Source of the DNA: the human T2T-CHM13v2.0 reference genome, Homo sapiens
Direction: 5' to 3' (one strand)
Length of the DNA: 64,000 nucleotides
Assembly (NCBI RefSeq): GCF_009914755.1
Contig: NC_060925.1
Part shown: positions 30,228 to 44,761 of the stretch, one piece after another
Layout: the number at the start of each line of letters is the position of its first letter
Numbering within the stretch: position 1 is the stretch's first letter
The notes under the pieces: model-generated
The model's database searches: none
What the model saw: the letters and a program-made list of their open reading frames with translations, nothing else
What the model was told of the DNA's origin: nothing
Made by a program: the position numbers and the translations under genes

Positions 30228-30462
30228 GTATTTTATTTTTTTATTGTGGTAAAATACACATAACATAAAATGTACTCTGTTAACCATTTTAAGTGTACAG
30301 TTCAGTGGTACTAAATATAGTCATAACATTGTCCAGCCGTCCCTACCATCCATCTCCATAATTCGTTTCATCTTGTAAAACTGAAACTCTATACCCATTA
30401 AACAATACTTCCCCATTTCCTCCTCCCCCCAGCTTCTGGCAACCATCATCGTACCATCTCTA
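30228..30462 (-). mobile_element. L1MB-type 3' end fragment
   Basis: ttattgtggtaaaatacacataacataaaat...ttaagtgtacagttcagtgg...aactgaaactctatacccattaaacaat. Confidence 0.85.
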
Positions 30463-32059
30463 TAATGCTAATCAAGCATAGTGGCTGTGTTTCTTGCTTC
30501 CTCTAGTCCGCAGGTAGCATACAAATGTAATAAACTACTTATTCATGTCGCATCTATTTATTTTCTGCCTTATACCAAGCTTGTGGGTTTCTCTTAAATA
30601 CAACATTTTTATACTTACACCTATGCAATACCCATTAGCATCGCCTTCCTAAATCAGGGGAAATTGAGCTTCTGTCAGGTGGAGTAACTTCCTAAGATAT
30701 AAAACTCAGCATTGAAGTCTGTATACTTCAATATCCTGCCCTCTTCTCATGTGTCTTTACTGCCTTTTATGTATGTGTTAGATGTTCAACAAATTCTCTT
30801 TTTTAAACTGAATTTAAGCCGTGGAGCAGTGTTTTGTTGAACAATAAATATGATATAGGACACTCTTCCTCCTTTTCATGTATGATCCTGTTCATGAAAA
30901 AGAGAAATTCTTTCATTGTGCTAGAAGCTTAAAATAATGAAAATGCCACTTTCTACATTAAACAGAAACTGAAGGGAATCAAGGTGAATTGCATGAGACA
31001 TAGAAAACAAGTGGGAAAGAAATCTAGTATAATTTGCCCTTTGTGTACCTTTATTATTTAGCGTTTGAGTAAATGATTCCCCCAAATATCTTCCCATCTC
31101 AATTCATGTCTATAAAGTAGACGTTTATGTCTCACCTTGTCAAGAAGAGCAAAGTCTAACATAAACATTTCTCAAAAATGCTTCCTGCTAAAACGTAAGC
31201 TCAGTCTGGCTAGAAATGCAGCTCACTTCCTAAAGAGTAATTGGTAGGTAATTTTGCATGCTGTTCTCTGAACTTGAGTGTAACCTGTCCGTCAGGCATA
31301 CAGGGAATGACGGGAAAGGTGACAACAGAAGATGAATGCTATGTCACTAACCTTCAAAGATGACCTGCCTTTTCTTTCAAATTCTTGATATCTTAAGACT
31401 TCATTAATTCATCTCTCTTTTCCCTTGGTTCAACATTTTGCTATACCAAAACTCATGTGAGACAATGACCTAATGTAATAAAAATGGCGTTTTTCTTTCA
31501 TGTAGTTGCAAGCTAACTGGCATTTTTACAATCCACATATTTCCTTTGTCAGTTTTTCATTCTGTATTGGAAGTAATTGATGGGTATTTCTGAAGGGATG
31601 AAGGTGTTTCTGTGTTCATTGTGATCCAAACTATTTCTAGACCTAGGGGCCTTTGTAAACAATTTGTGCCCACTGACCAAGGATCACTGTGGCAGAAAGC
31701 AGCAAACTTGCATAAGATGTCACTGCTTCATAGGTTGGCTTTGAAAACTAGGGGCTTACTCTATACTCTTATGAATAAAAGACATTGATAGATGTAGTAT
31801 AAGATTACAATCATATTTTCCTTTTGACAGTCACATTATAAATCAAGATGTATTGCAATTAATCTCAATTAGCTGATCACAATTAAAATTAATAATGTTT
31901 ATTATTGCTGATAAAAATCATGTCTCTCCTGTTCTCAAATGTGCAAGTAATTCTTGTAATTTTAATACAAATTTGCATATTATTATTAATTGATTTAATC
32001 TCATTGGATTTGGTTCATGGATCCAATTTATTAAAATATTGATAATGGGATAATGAGTT

Positions 32060-32405
32060 GTCTCCCCATTTCATGTACACTAAAAACAACATTTCTTACA
32101 ATGGTCTGCAAGCCCATCATCATCTGCCTCATGTTAACCGCCAAAGTTCTTTTATATCTTCACCCTTGATCTTACCAGTGGTCCTGGCCACCTCACTGTC
32201 CTCTGGACATACCAACATGCTGCTGCCTTATGATCAAGACTCTAGTTAATTTTTTGGCTTGGAAAGATAGCCCTCCATATATCCATTGATCAGCTCATTC
32301 AACTTCCTCAGGTCTTTACTGAAACTTCACATTCTCGATGAGGCCTATTCAGTATTTCAAACTGCATCCCAGCTGCAACATTCCAAAACCCCTTACTCTT
32401 CTGTG
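32060..32405 (+). mobile_element. L2 fragment
   Basis: cttacaatggtctgcaagccc...ctggccacctcactgtcctc...tcaggtctttact...cacattctcgatgaggcct resembles the L2 3' region. Confidence 0.6.
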
Positions 32406-32409
32406 TATT

Positions 32410-34980
32410 TTTGAAAGGATTTATTGAGATATAATTTACATAGTGTAGAGTGCACACATTAATGTCTACAAGTCAGTGGCTTTTAGTATATGCACAGATA
32501 AGTGGAGCCACCATCACAATGAATTTTAGAGCATTTTCATCACTTCAAAAAGAAACCCCACCTTCCCTAGCTGTTAACCTCCTATGCACCCATCCCCTAC
32601 TCAATCCTAAGCAACCACAAATCTGTTTTCTGTCTCTATAGATTTTCCTATTCTGTTTTCATCTAAATAGAATCGTACAATAGGTGGCCTTTTCTGCCCG
32701 GCTTCGTTCAGTTGGCATAATGCTATCAAGGTTCATGTACGTATTGGTACTTTATTTCTTTTTATAACTGTATAACATTCAATTTCATGGATATAACCTT
32801 TTGTTTATCCAATAATATTTTTATTGACATTTGAGTTGTGTTCAGCCTTTGGCTATTTTAGGTACTGCTGCTAAAAATACTTGTGTACAATTTGTGTTTG
32901 AACACCTCTTTCCAATAATCTGGGTGTATACCTAGGAATAACTTTCTGGGTCATATGACAATTCTATGTTTCATATATTTAGAAGCCATCAAATTATTTT
33001 CCAAAGTGGCCAGTTCTAGCCATAGAGTATCTAACTGTGGTTTTGATTTGTAGTTGCCTGAAGAGTGATGCTGTTGAGTATATTTTTATGGGATTATTGA
33101 CCGTTCATGTATCTTCTTGGGAAACACATCTATTCCTATCATTTATCAGTTTTGAGTTGGGATATTTGTGACGGAGTTAAACCAATTTTTCTATATTCAA
33201 GATACATATATATATACAGACATATAGATACGTGTTTTTCAAATATCTTCTCACAATTTTGGAGCTGCCTTTTGACTTGCTTGGTTGTCCTCTGAAACAC
33301 CGATGTCTTTAATTTTTAAGAAATTTTAAATATCTAATTTTTATTCTGTTGCTCATGTTTTTGGGGTTACAGCTATTTCTTTGCTAGATCCAAAATCCTG
33401 AAGATTTTCCCATATGCTTTATTCTACCTCTTGCATGTGTGTCTTTAATTCATTTGAGTTAATATTTTTGTATGCTTTGGGGTAAGGGTTCTAATTTATT
33501 ATTTTGCAAGTGGTGATCCACGTGTACGTTGTTGACCCAGTGTGTTCAAAGACTGTCTCTTCCTCATTGAATTGCACATGGCACCACTTTAAGAATCCAT
33601 TGACTGTAGACACATAGTTTTATATATGGACTCTCAATTCTCTTCCATCAATCTATATATTTTTCCTTCATCAATATTGTGTTGTCTTGATTACTGATAC
33701 TTTGCAGTAAGGTTTGGAGCATGGGGTGTGAATTATCCTAATATGTTTTCTTTCTTCAAGATTATTTTGGCTATTTTGAGACCCTTACAATTTCATGTGT
33801 ATTTTAGAATCAGCTTGTCAGTTTCTAGACACAAGTCTGTTGGGATACTTGCAGGGATTTCATCAAATCTGTAGTTCAAATTGTAAAGTACTACAATATC
33901 AAATCGTCCAATTCATGGGTGTAAGGTGTTTACTAATTATTTAAATATTCTTTAAACAATAATTTTTAATTTTCAGAGTAAAATCTTGTATCACATTTTC
34001 CAAATTAATTAATGTTTCTTTTTTTATGCTATTTTAAATTGAAGTGTTTTCTTAAATTCATTTTGGGGTTTTCATTGAAGATGTGTGTAATTGATTTTTG
34101 TACATTTACCTTGTCTGCTGTAATATTGCTGAAATAATTTACGAGTTCTATCGTTCGGTGGATTCCTTAAAATTTTCTATATACAACAATGTTATTTTCA
34201 AATAAAGTTTTATTTCTTCCTGTTCAATATGGGTGACTCTTATTATTTTAGTTGCCGATTTGCCCTGCATAAAATCTTTAGTACAGTGTTGACTAGAAGA
34301 GGTCAAAGTATATATCCTATTCTTATCTCTGACCATAGCGGGAAAGCATCCTTTACCATTAAGTTGCCTGCTTGCTGTTGGCTTTTCACAGGTGCCATGT
34401 ATCTGGTGTAGAAAGTTCTCTATTCCTGGTTCATTGAGTTTTTATTTTTATTTTTAATCATTAAAGCATTTGGATTCTGTTAAATGTGTTTTCCGAATCT
34501 ATCGAGATGATCATGAATTCTCTTTTCTTATTCTATGGATAAGATGTATTACCTTAATGGATTTTGGGCTGTTAAACCAACCTGGGATTACTTGTATAAA
34601 TTTCACTTTGTCATAGTGTATAATTCTTTTATATGTTGCTAGATCTGATTTGTTAGTATTTTTTAAGGAATTTTGCATTTATACTTATAATAGTTTTATT
34701 TTTCTATGCTATTTGGACTAATTTTTGTATCAAAGTAACACTGGCCCCACAGAATAAATTGGAAAGTGAATATTTCTCTTTTTTAAAAAAGCTAGTCAAG
34801 AATTAATATCAATTATTCAACACTAACAAATATTATTATTATAAATTATTAATTTCTCTAATTTTAATTTTCTTCCTTCTGCTTGCTTTAGGTTTAGTTT
34901 GCTATTCGTTCCAGTGCCTTAATGTGGAACGTCATCTTATCTCATCCTTTCATTTGTCTTTTCATTTTGTAAATAGTGTC
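32410..34980 (-). mobile_element. L1MB-type element, 3' UTR plus degraded ORF2 (~2.5 kb)
   Basis: tttattgagatataatttacata start; long T-rich antisense L1 motifs (tgggtcatatg, gattattttggctatt, tagtacagtgttga). Confidence 0.85.
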
Positions 34981-34992
34981 TTCTTAGCATCA

Positions 34993-35300
34993 GGTGAGCT
35001 CCCCAGGTTGGTAGTACTCCATGTTTGTTGCTGTACAACAATGACAGGTAATATGTCCTGAAGACAATGGAAACTTAACCTTCAAAATCTCCTAGATTCC
35101 ACCTTATATGATATGTCTCTTCTATTGGTCCTAATTTCTACCCTTTCTCTATTATAAACCATGAGTACAATGGCATTCAATGAGTTCTGTGAGTCTTTCT
35201 AGTAAATTCTTGAAACTGAGGGTGTTCAGGGGAAATCCCTGAACTGGCAGTTGGTGTCAGAAGTGAGAATCTTCTTACATGGCCTCTTCCTTTGAACTGT
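34993..35300 (+). mobile_element. ERVL LTR fragment, MER77/MER68/MER21-like
   Basis: gtgagctccccaggttggtagtactcc...gagttctgtgagtctttctag...gcagttggtgtcagaagtgag. Confidence 0.65.
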
Positions 35301-35896
35301 GCAGCTGGACGCAAACTCTGCACAATTTGGGCCAGAACTCTCGTGTTGACTTTGTAGCCTAAAGTATCTTGTAGTTTGTCTAACCCTCAATAAATTTGCT
35401 TTCATCAAATATTGTATTTGTTACCCCAAAATTACCATCACGTTTTTTTTTCTCCAAATAACTAACATAGGAGAAATAGCCAGCTGAGTTTGTAACTCAA
35501 CAGAAATAAGTGATCCATATACCATATACCATATAAGTGGCCATTTCATTTTGCCTTCTTCCACCAAATCTTAGCAACCTCAACCATTACCAAGAGCCAC
35601 TGTAGGCCTACCAGCTACAAACAAACGAGTATCTTGTAAAAACACTTCATACTCCCATTTGATAATTTTCCCAGCAAAGAGATGCCTACTTTAACTCTAT
35701 GCAAGTGGCTCATATTCACGAAGTCTGTAGATATTATTCATGTAGAGTGAGAAAATCATCCCAGCGGTGCCAGCACATTCTCCTTCCCATGATCTGCTTA
35801 GTTTGCAAACATATTCAGGCCATGGGTGAGAGATTTGTATTTCACAGTACAACAATTTTATGGAGGGCATTGAAACTTACATTGAGCATTTTAGTA

Positions 35897-36238
35897 CAGT
35901 CACACATCACTGAATGATAGGGATACGTTTTAACAGATGTATTCGTAGGCAATTTTACCATTTTGCAAACATCACAGAGAGTATTACAAACACCTAGATT
36001 GTACAGCCTACCACGTTTAGGTTATATGGTATAGCCTCTTTCTCCCAGGCTACAAATCTGTGCACTACATTACTGTACTGAATACTGCAGGCAATAAGAA
36101 CACAGTGGTAAGAGGTTATGTATCTAAACATAATTAAACGTAGAAAAGTATGTAAAAATATCTATTATAATCTCATGGGACCACTTTTGTATATGTAATC
36201 CATCTTTGACTAAAATGTTATTATGCATGACATGACTC
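35897..36238. mobile_element. Tigger3a (MER7A-like) non-autonomous DNA transposon
   Basis: ta|cagtca...catgactc|ta termini; internal tatatggtatagcct...ggctacaaa...tactgtactgaatactg...tgggaccac. Confidence 0.88.
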
Positions 36239-36940
36239 TATGACAAAAATAAAATAACACATTGTAAAAAAATATACACAGGTATCAAACATATTAATAT
36301 TGTAAAAATAAAAATATTTATTCAGTGTAAGAATTTGTAATGATCACAAAATGTTCACAGCTTATATTTTAGTACAGTTTCAAATGCCTAGTGCAATTGC
36401 TATTTATTTCTGTGTGTATTTTAAACATGTATATAATAAATATTTTTCAGGTTCAACAATATATATCAATCCAACTGGCTCTTATAAATATTAGTTAACA
36501 TCAATTGGTAAATTCATATATATATATACACACACGTGACTCAGTCTGTATGCGTGTATGTGTGTGTAAATGTAACTGTATGTGTGTGTAAATGTAACTG
36601 GATGCATCCTAATATTTACCCTTACCTACAAGATTTCCAAGACTCATTTATTCTCTTTAAATGGTGTGCCTTGAAAGATTTACCAAATAAAACCGCAATC
36701 GTGGAATATATCAAGATGTTATTAAATTCATCTTGTGCACATAATTGTTTCTTTAAATTTATGTTTCTTGCAAAACTTGCGGTAATGCTCATGCACAAAA
36801 TAATTTTCTAAATAAAAAATAAAAACATTTTCTCAGTCATTAATTCTTAAAAAGTATTTCTCCCCAGTAATTAATGTGAATTAATTCTTAATTCTTAATT
36901 ATAGAATAATGTTGCCCTTCAGAGTTCTGAATCTTTTGCA

Positions 36941-37388
36941 CGTTGTATACATTTCACTGACTGGAACATCTTCTGGAATATTGGCATTAATTAATCTCAC
37001 TCAGCAATTAATGATTTCAAAGAAATTAAATACCATTCATATTCTGAATCACAAGGGTACTTTGGCACCTAATTTAATCAAGCTCTTTGTATCATCATCT
37101 ACAGTTTAATTACTTAACAAACATTTCTTTGTGTGAGAAAGATTGAGCAGGTTATTGTGCTTTTCGTTGTATACATTTCACTAAGTAGAACATCTTCTGG
37201 AATATTGGCATTAATTAATCTCACTCAGCAATTAATGATTTCAAAGAAATTAAATACCATTCATATTCTGAATCACAAGGGTACTTTGGCATCTAATTTA
37301 ATCAAGCTCTTTGTATCATCATCTACACTTTAATTACTTAACAAACATTTCTCTGTGTGAGAAAGATTGAGCAGGTTATTGTGCTTTT
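36941..37388. repeat. Two-copy 224-bp tandem duplication
   Basis: Unit cgttgtatacatttcact...gcaggttattgtgctttt at 36941-37164 and 37165-37388 with only a few substitutions. Confidence 0.97.
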
Positions 37389-40300
37389 TTATGATGCAAC
37401 TTTTGCTTAATCTAGAGATAGGCAATGCTCCCTATAAGGGACAAAGAGAAAAATGAAAGAGCAATAGAGATGTGACAGGCATGGAAAAAGACAACACATT
37501 TATAAAACAAATAGGGCCACAGATGATGATAATGGGGATCAAATCTTGAGATACTGACTCAGTTTATAACCGCACTGTACAATAGAGCAAATCATTTGTT
37601 AATTATTTTACAAATGGAATCTAATTTAACTAAGATGAATACAGTGTTTTAAACAAGGCAGGTCATCTTAAAATAAAATAGTGGGAAAAGTGATAAAACC
37701 AATGTAAAAATCATAAACATTTTATAAAGAATTTTTGTCATGTAATTTAATATTTTTCTTTATTTAAAATCACCCAAATCAAAATAATTTTATCTTAATT
37801 AACAAATAATCATCGGAAGTTAACTAATTTTTACTTTATAATACTAGGTTTAAAAATTCTTCACTATATTTTTAATCATACATGCTTATACATAAAATAG
37901 ACATAGGGTATATGTTTACATGTTCACAATATTATATTGTAATTGTTCCTATGGATGTGGTTTTTCAATAGAATTAATAAGTACTTTTAAAAAGTTTCAA
38001 TTTCAATGATATATATGTTTGATTTTTCTTTGACAAAGCATACATATATTGATAGGTAATAATAAGAAAATCTTCTAAAGACATTACAGGAACATGAATA
38101 AGTAATTAAATCCTCAATAATTTGTAACGTTTTATGTAAGCGGAACACATTTAACTGAAAATTGCTTTTATATAATACTCAAACGAGACTAAAAACATAT
38201 TAACTAGCGGAGTAAGTCTTCAAATTGATAATCTGAACTATAGAAGAGGAGAAACTTCAAGCACTCAAATATTTGAAATGCTACAAAATATTTATATAAA
38301 CTATTATTTAACAATTTCTGTTTGTAGAGTGCTATAGAGTAATCCATATAAATGACATCTCCGTCTTTCTATAGCTTTGACCACATTTACCTCCTAATTT
38401 TAATTATTAATATGTTGGAGCAGTGCATACAACTAGATTCCGATCTTCCTTTTTAATGAGTAAAAATATGTCCTTTGAGACAGCATTAAAGAAAGAGCAC
38501 CTTGTATAAATTCAATGCCAAGAGACAAGATATTCTTGATGCTGAAGTCTTGTTCTTTTATACAGCAATGTAATTAATAAGAAGAAGAAAAGCAGGACAT
38601 AGAGATGGAGTCTATTTTCATCAAAAATTGTCTATAGATTTTGATGATAAAATTTAAAACTCTACTATATTTAGTTAGTCACAAAAAACGAGGTTGTGGG
38701 AACATATTTGGTCAATAAAACACCCCTACCAAATGCCGACAAGAAAAAAAGTTAGGTACCACCTTTCTTCTCTGCAGATGGCCTGAGATGGGTTAATTTG
38801 AAAGAATGCTTCCAAACCTGAGGTGACCCCTGAGAACAGCATAATCCACTGCTGTCTCCCACATTCAGTTTCTCAGTCTGTGCTCTTTTAATTTTGGGGG
38901 GAGGGAAGCCAGTCCTTTAAAGCGATCTTCAGCATGATGGCAGAGCCAAGGAGTGTGGACAGGTGGCACGGTGTCTGATTTTGTTCCAGCAGCCACTTGG
39001 GCTTTCTCTGGGTCTTCTCTGCCCTCGGGATAGCACTACTATTGAAAACATGTCTTTGTGACATTCTCTATGCCAGGAACTCCCAACATATTTTCCTTGA
39101 AACTGATGAAATGAAAAAAAATAAACCAAGAGGTGTGCTGTTTGTTTCTGTTTCCTCCTTTCTGCAGCCCTTCTTGATCATCTAATATTTTTAAATACAT
39201 TGTCGATCACCAAAAGGAGCATAAGGGCTTTATTGGTTTGTAGCAGATGTATTCATAGCCCAGCCCCTATTCCTTAGCTGTAGCTGCTGGGAAGAAAACC
39301 ATTCTTAACACTCTACAAGGTCTCATCTCCAGAATTTGCACCAGTTTCTAGCTGAGGACTTTCTCTAGCAGCACGGGAGCTTGTTACTGGGCATGAAGTG
39401 GGAAGAAAAGGTGAGGGTAACTAAGAAGAATCTCCCTGGATTCAGTGATGTAATTCTGAGGCATGCTCCACATAGCTTCCCATAAAATTAAGCCCAGATA
39501 TCTAACACAGGAACTTACCTCTTAACACGTGTGGTATTGGCTTTTCTGTCTTTCCTGTTTTATTTTGTTCTCTTTTCCTTGTCTCACTTTCGCTGTGTCC
39601 TCACTCCTGCTTTAAGAATACCCAAACAAATACGTTCATTTATTTTTTTAGACTCTCAGAACACAGTTGATAGTTGAACTTGTAATCTATGATAATCAGC
39701 TTGGATGCTGTATTGACAGGAAGATGGTGAACTCACAATGTCTAATTAAGATACAATTTAAAAAATATATTGAATCATGTCCAAAGACTTAAAAAGCCTA
39801 AGCGGCAGCGTCACAGTTTCTTCTTTTTAGTTTGCATGGTTTCTTAAATGCCTACAATTATTTTAAAGGAAGCCTTGAGTCTAGGAAAAATTGAGACATA
39901 TGGAATAAATTACTAACCCATTTCTCCTTGAAATCCATTAGATGTTTGATGATTCTTCACATATATTTCTGAACTGAAAAGCTAGTTGGGAATTATTTTT
40001 ATAAGCATATCCTTATGTAATATATTGTTTCTAAGAGTGAATGGAAGGTTTAAAGATTAAATTATTCTATCCAGAGAATAAAAAACAATTATTTCACAAG
40101 GAGAACATGTGTATGTTGACACGACATTTTAAAATCTAGATTTTAAAATAGGTCCCATATAATTTTGAGTCAATTAGAATACGTTTGTATCAGTCTGTCT
40201 ACAGTTTTACACCTGTCAAATGTTACTTGAACTAAAAGAAGTACCTTGAACAATTTTGAAATTTATTATTCCTCTGAAACTGATGAAAAGAATGACGGTA

Positions 40301-42880
40301 GAGTGAAATTTGGATTGGCATAATTTAGGAGAGAAATTATTCCTTGGAGATCAACCTCTGCCAAGATAGTTTACAATGACATTGATACTTTTTGATTTAC
40401 ACAATTTGTTATATAAAAAATACTAAGACGATGACAGATAATACACAGACTTTAATTAAAATTGTACTAAAATTAAAAGTCTAAATAAATTACAAGTGTA
40501 CGTGGTACACCTAAACGTATGTTTATATATTTTATTTGTGCATTTTATTCCTAGGGTTCCTTTTGCTTTAGTTTGTAAAACGTTCTTATTTTTATGGCAG
40601 TGTAGTATATACTAAATAAAGAAAAATCAGGAAATAGAAAATGAAGAAGAAAACATTAGCTATTGTCAACCAAATAAAAATTGTGCAATCTCTAAGTACA
40701 TGAACGATGTATTATTTGTACAGCATGTACAATGTTTATGCTTCACAGGGTGAGGTAGAGACTGCAAAACATTGAACCTGGGACAAATAAGAAAGAAAGG
40801 AAATTTTCACAATATATTAATATTACAGAAAATGTTGAACTTAACAGTTAAGATACAAGTAGTGAAAAATGATAGTATTTAAGGAGATCTAGAAAATGTC
40901 ATCCATACCAGTAATGTGTGAGAAGTATTAGAATAATGCTTGTATTTCTGGATTGGCATCGATTTCTATTGAGACTGGAAACATACTAGAAGTGAGCAAA
41001 AAAGAATTTAAATAGTGGATACTTGAGTTTTATACCTAGGAGTTCGAGAAATACATTTTGTTACTATCAAAGCAGTTGGCACAAGAGTGTACAAAATTCC
41101 CTAATTGTGTCTATGTGGTGAAGACATAGACAAACAGAAAATAGCAAAACAGAAATAGCAAAAAAGCACAAATAAATTTTACCTGTATTTTTACGTAAAA
41201 GCCAATTAGAGTAGGAAAACATGAAATTTGTGTTTTATCGAAATTTTTCTCTTATAGTATGGTTGATTATATTACTGGAAAAAAATTGAAGCATTGGTAT
41301 GTTCACAAAAAAAAGTAAAAGATAAGGTCAAAACCATGGGAATGCAGGGAGCAGACAAAATACACCTAAACACTGATACTGATTTTGCCCTACGGACATG
41401 TAGCAAAATGAATGAGTGCAGATTCCTATGGTCATACATCACATAGGACAGTAAAGAAATACATAGTGTTTCCCAAGATAGGGCATCACACAGGAGCTCT
41501 TCCCTAAAGCTAGCACCAAAATTTATCTCCTCAGTATAAAGAAGAATCAGAGGTAAATTAGTCTCATTTCACATTCCCTGGAAATGGCAAATAAAAATGA
41601 CTTGAGATTGGACAGATTTAAAGAAACTCAATCATTAATGATTTACAGCAATTAATTTAAAAATTGTTTAAATGTGCTGTCCAAACATACGTCCAAACAC
41701 CTTTAGGCCAAGAATTAATATAATGTGGTCCCAGAATGGTGGTGCCTTTAGTAGACTCACAAAAAATTCAAATTCTCTTTGGCAAATTTTCTTCTTACTA
41801 ATATGCAAAAGTGCACAATAATAATTTTCAGAGAAAAATAAATCTTTGTCATTCAAAGGCATCTAAGTACGCAAGGAAATGATATTCCACCATTTGAAAG
41901 GAAAGCAGAAAAAGAGTACAAACAGATCCACAGAGGTTCATTAGTAGAAATATCACTGTTAGATTATAAAGCACATTTGCTTTCAAAAAATTTAAAAAAA
42001 GGAATATATTTTTAGGAGACTAAAAAGTTGATGTAGTAAATTTGAAAAGTAGTTTGTATATAGTATTTTAAATTAAAAACTCAAAAATGAACTCATCAGA
42101 TTAGACATGGCCATGGTGAGAGCTCATAAATATTTCAGAATGCATTACAGAAAATTTAAAAAAAGGCACAATGTGGACAGAATCATGAAGAGACATGGAA
42201 GATACAGTGAGAAAGTGTAGCATGTGTTTAGTGAGTGTTCTCATAGAGGAAGGGAACGGGGAAGGGACAATATGTGATGGTATTTTGGCTGAAAGTTCTC
42301 TAGAGTTCTGTAAGACACTAATCCACATATTCAAAACTTCTATGCATGCTAAGCAAGCTACGATGGAGATAAACCTACATCTACATATCTCCTAGAGAAA
42401 TAGTAAACAATCAGGAAGGGAAAAATATTTCAATTAGCACTAGAAAAATCAAATTACCTTTAATCATATTGAAATCTGAAAGCATGAAAGGTAAAATAAA
42501 CAATATTATTTGTTAAGAATAATAATGCCATTCTGAAATTCTCAACCAAGAAAAATATTCATCAACCTATGGCTAAATCACATATTTAGAGACAAAAAAC
42601 AAAATACCACCAGCAGAATTCCACTAAAGAAACTCAAAGGAAACTCTGAAAACACGCTTCAGAAAGATTGAAGTTCTGAAATCAAAGAATGAACACAGAG
42701 CAAAATATATTGTAAACATAAAGATAGATCAAAATAGAAAATTAGGTGTTGAAACAAAAGAATATTTAAAATTAGATAAGCACTGCAATATGTATGTTAG
42801 GAAGCAAATTATTAGGGCTGAAGTATTCAAAGACCCCTTAATTGTCTGACAAGAGCAGAAAGATATGACTTTGCAACTCT

Positions 42881-43181
<301 letters not shown>

Positions 43182-44376
43182 GACTTTGGAACTTTAATAA
43201 ATTGACTGGACATTATGCATTTCTCTGTTGTATCTATGAAAACAATAAAAATAAAAGTCATAATTTTAAAACAAGAAGACAGAAAGTGATAGGAGAAAAT
43301 GAGACATTATATATATATATATATATATACACAACAAATTACTAATACAAAATTAAGTATAAATGATCAAAGATTAACTTAAACCTAAGTAGACAATGTT
43401 TTTGTTAAAATACAAAGATTGGCAAAATTTAAAACATCCGTCTCTATCATAGTTACAAGAGACACAACTAATATATAAATTTACAGAAACTTTGAAGTTC
43501 AAACAATACAGATACTGTGTATATATGATATACATACAAACATACTACATGAATATAATTTTTTAAAAAGTTGCTATGTAGACCAAATAGAATGTAAGTT
43601 AGAAACATTTATTAAAATAAGTTAGTGTAACCAGTGTGATAAAAGTTTTAAGTTATTAAGAAGATGTGATGACTTCAATGTGTATTAGCCTGATACATAC
43701 ATATATATACACACAAACCACACACTCTCTCTCACACACACAGACACACACGTATTTAGAGAGAGAGTCAAATTATATAAAGCAAAAATATCAGAAAGTA
43801 AGTAGAAATGGATAAGCCCCCAAATATTATAGACATTTCAAACACACGTCTTTCAGTAATAGATAAAAGAAAAAATTAAAAGAGTAAGTTTTAAAAGAAG
43901 CTAGTGGATTTTAAAACGGGCAAATATTATATAAGGAACTTGAATATTATAATTCATGTTATTTTCATGTTCATACAGAATACTTACAAAAATTAACATT
44001 TTCTAGACCATACCACAAATTCAAACAATTTTCACGGAAATAACGTGACACAGAATATATGTCCTAAACAAACAGCAATGAAGGCAGATATCAATACAAA
44101 AACGAAAGTTAGAAACATAAGTGTAATAATATTGGTTGGAAGCCATTTTATTGAATATTGAAATATTTTAAAGGTGAATAGTCACTACAAATAAACCAAA
44201 CACTTTTGTGAGGCCACTAAGATGCATGTGTAATGTGTAATGCCTCCTTTTATAAGGAGTAAATCTGTAACATCACCTGGGCTATTTGACAACTGCAAAG
44301 TGAATGTGAGAAGGAGAGAAACAGTGAGAGAGAGAGAGATAAAAGCAGTAAAATAAACATAAAGAATGAAGGAGAT

Positions 44377-44761
<385 letters not shown>

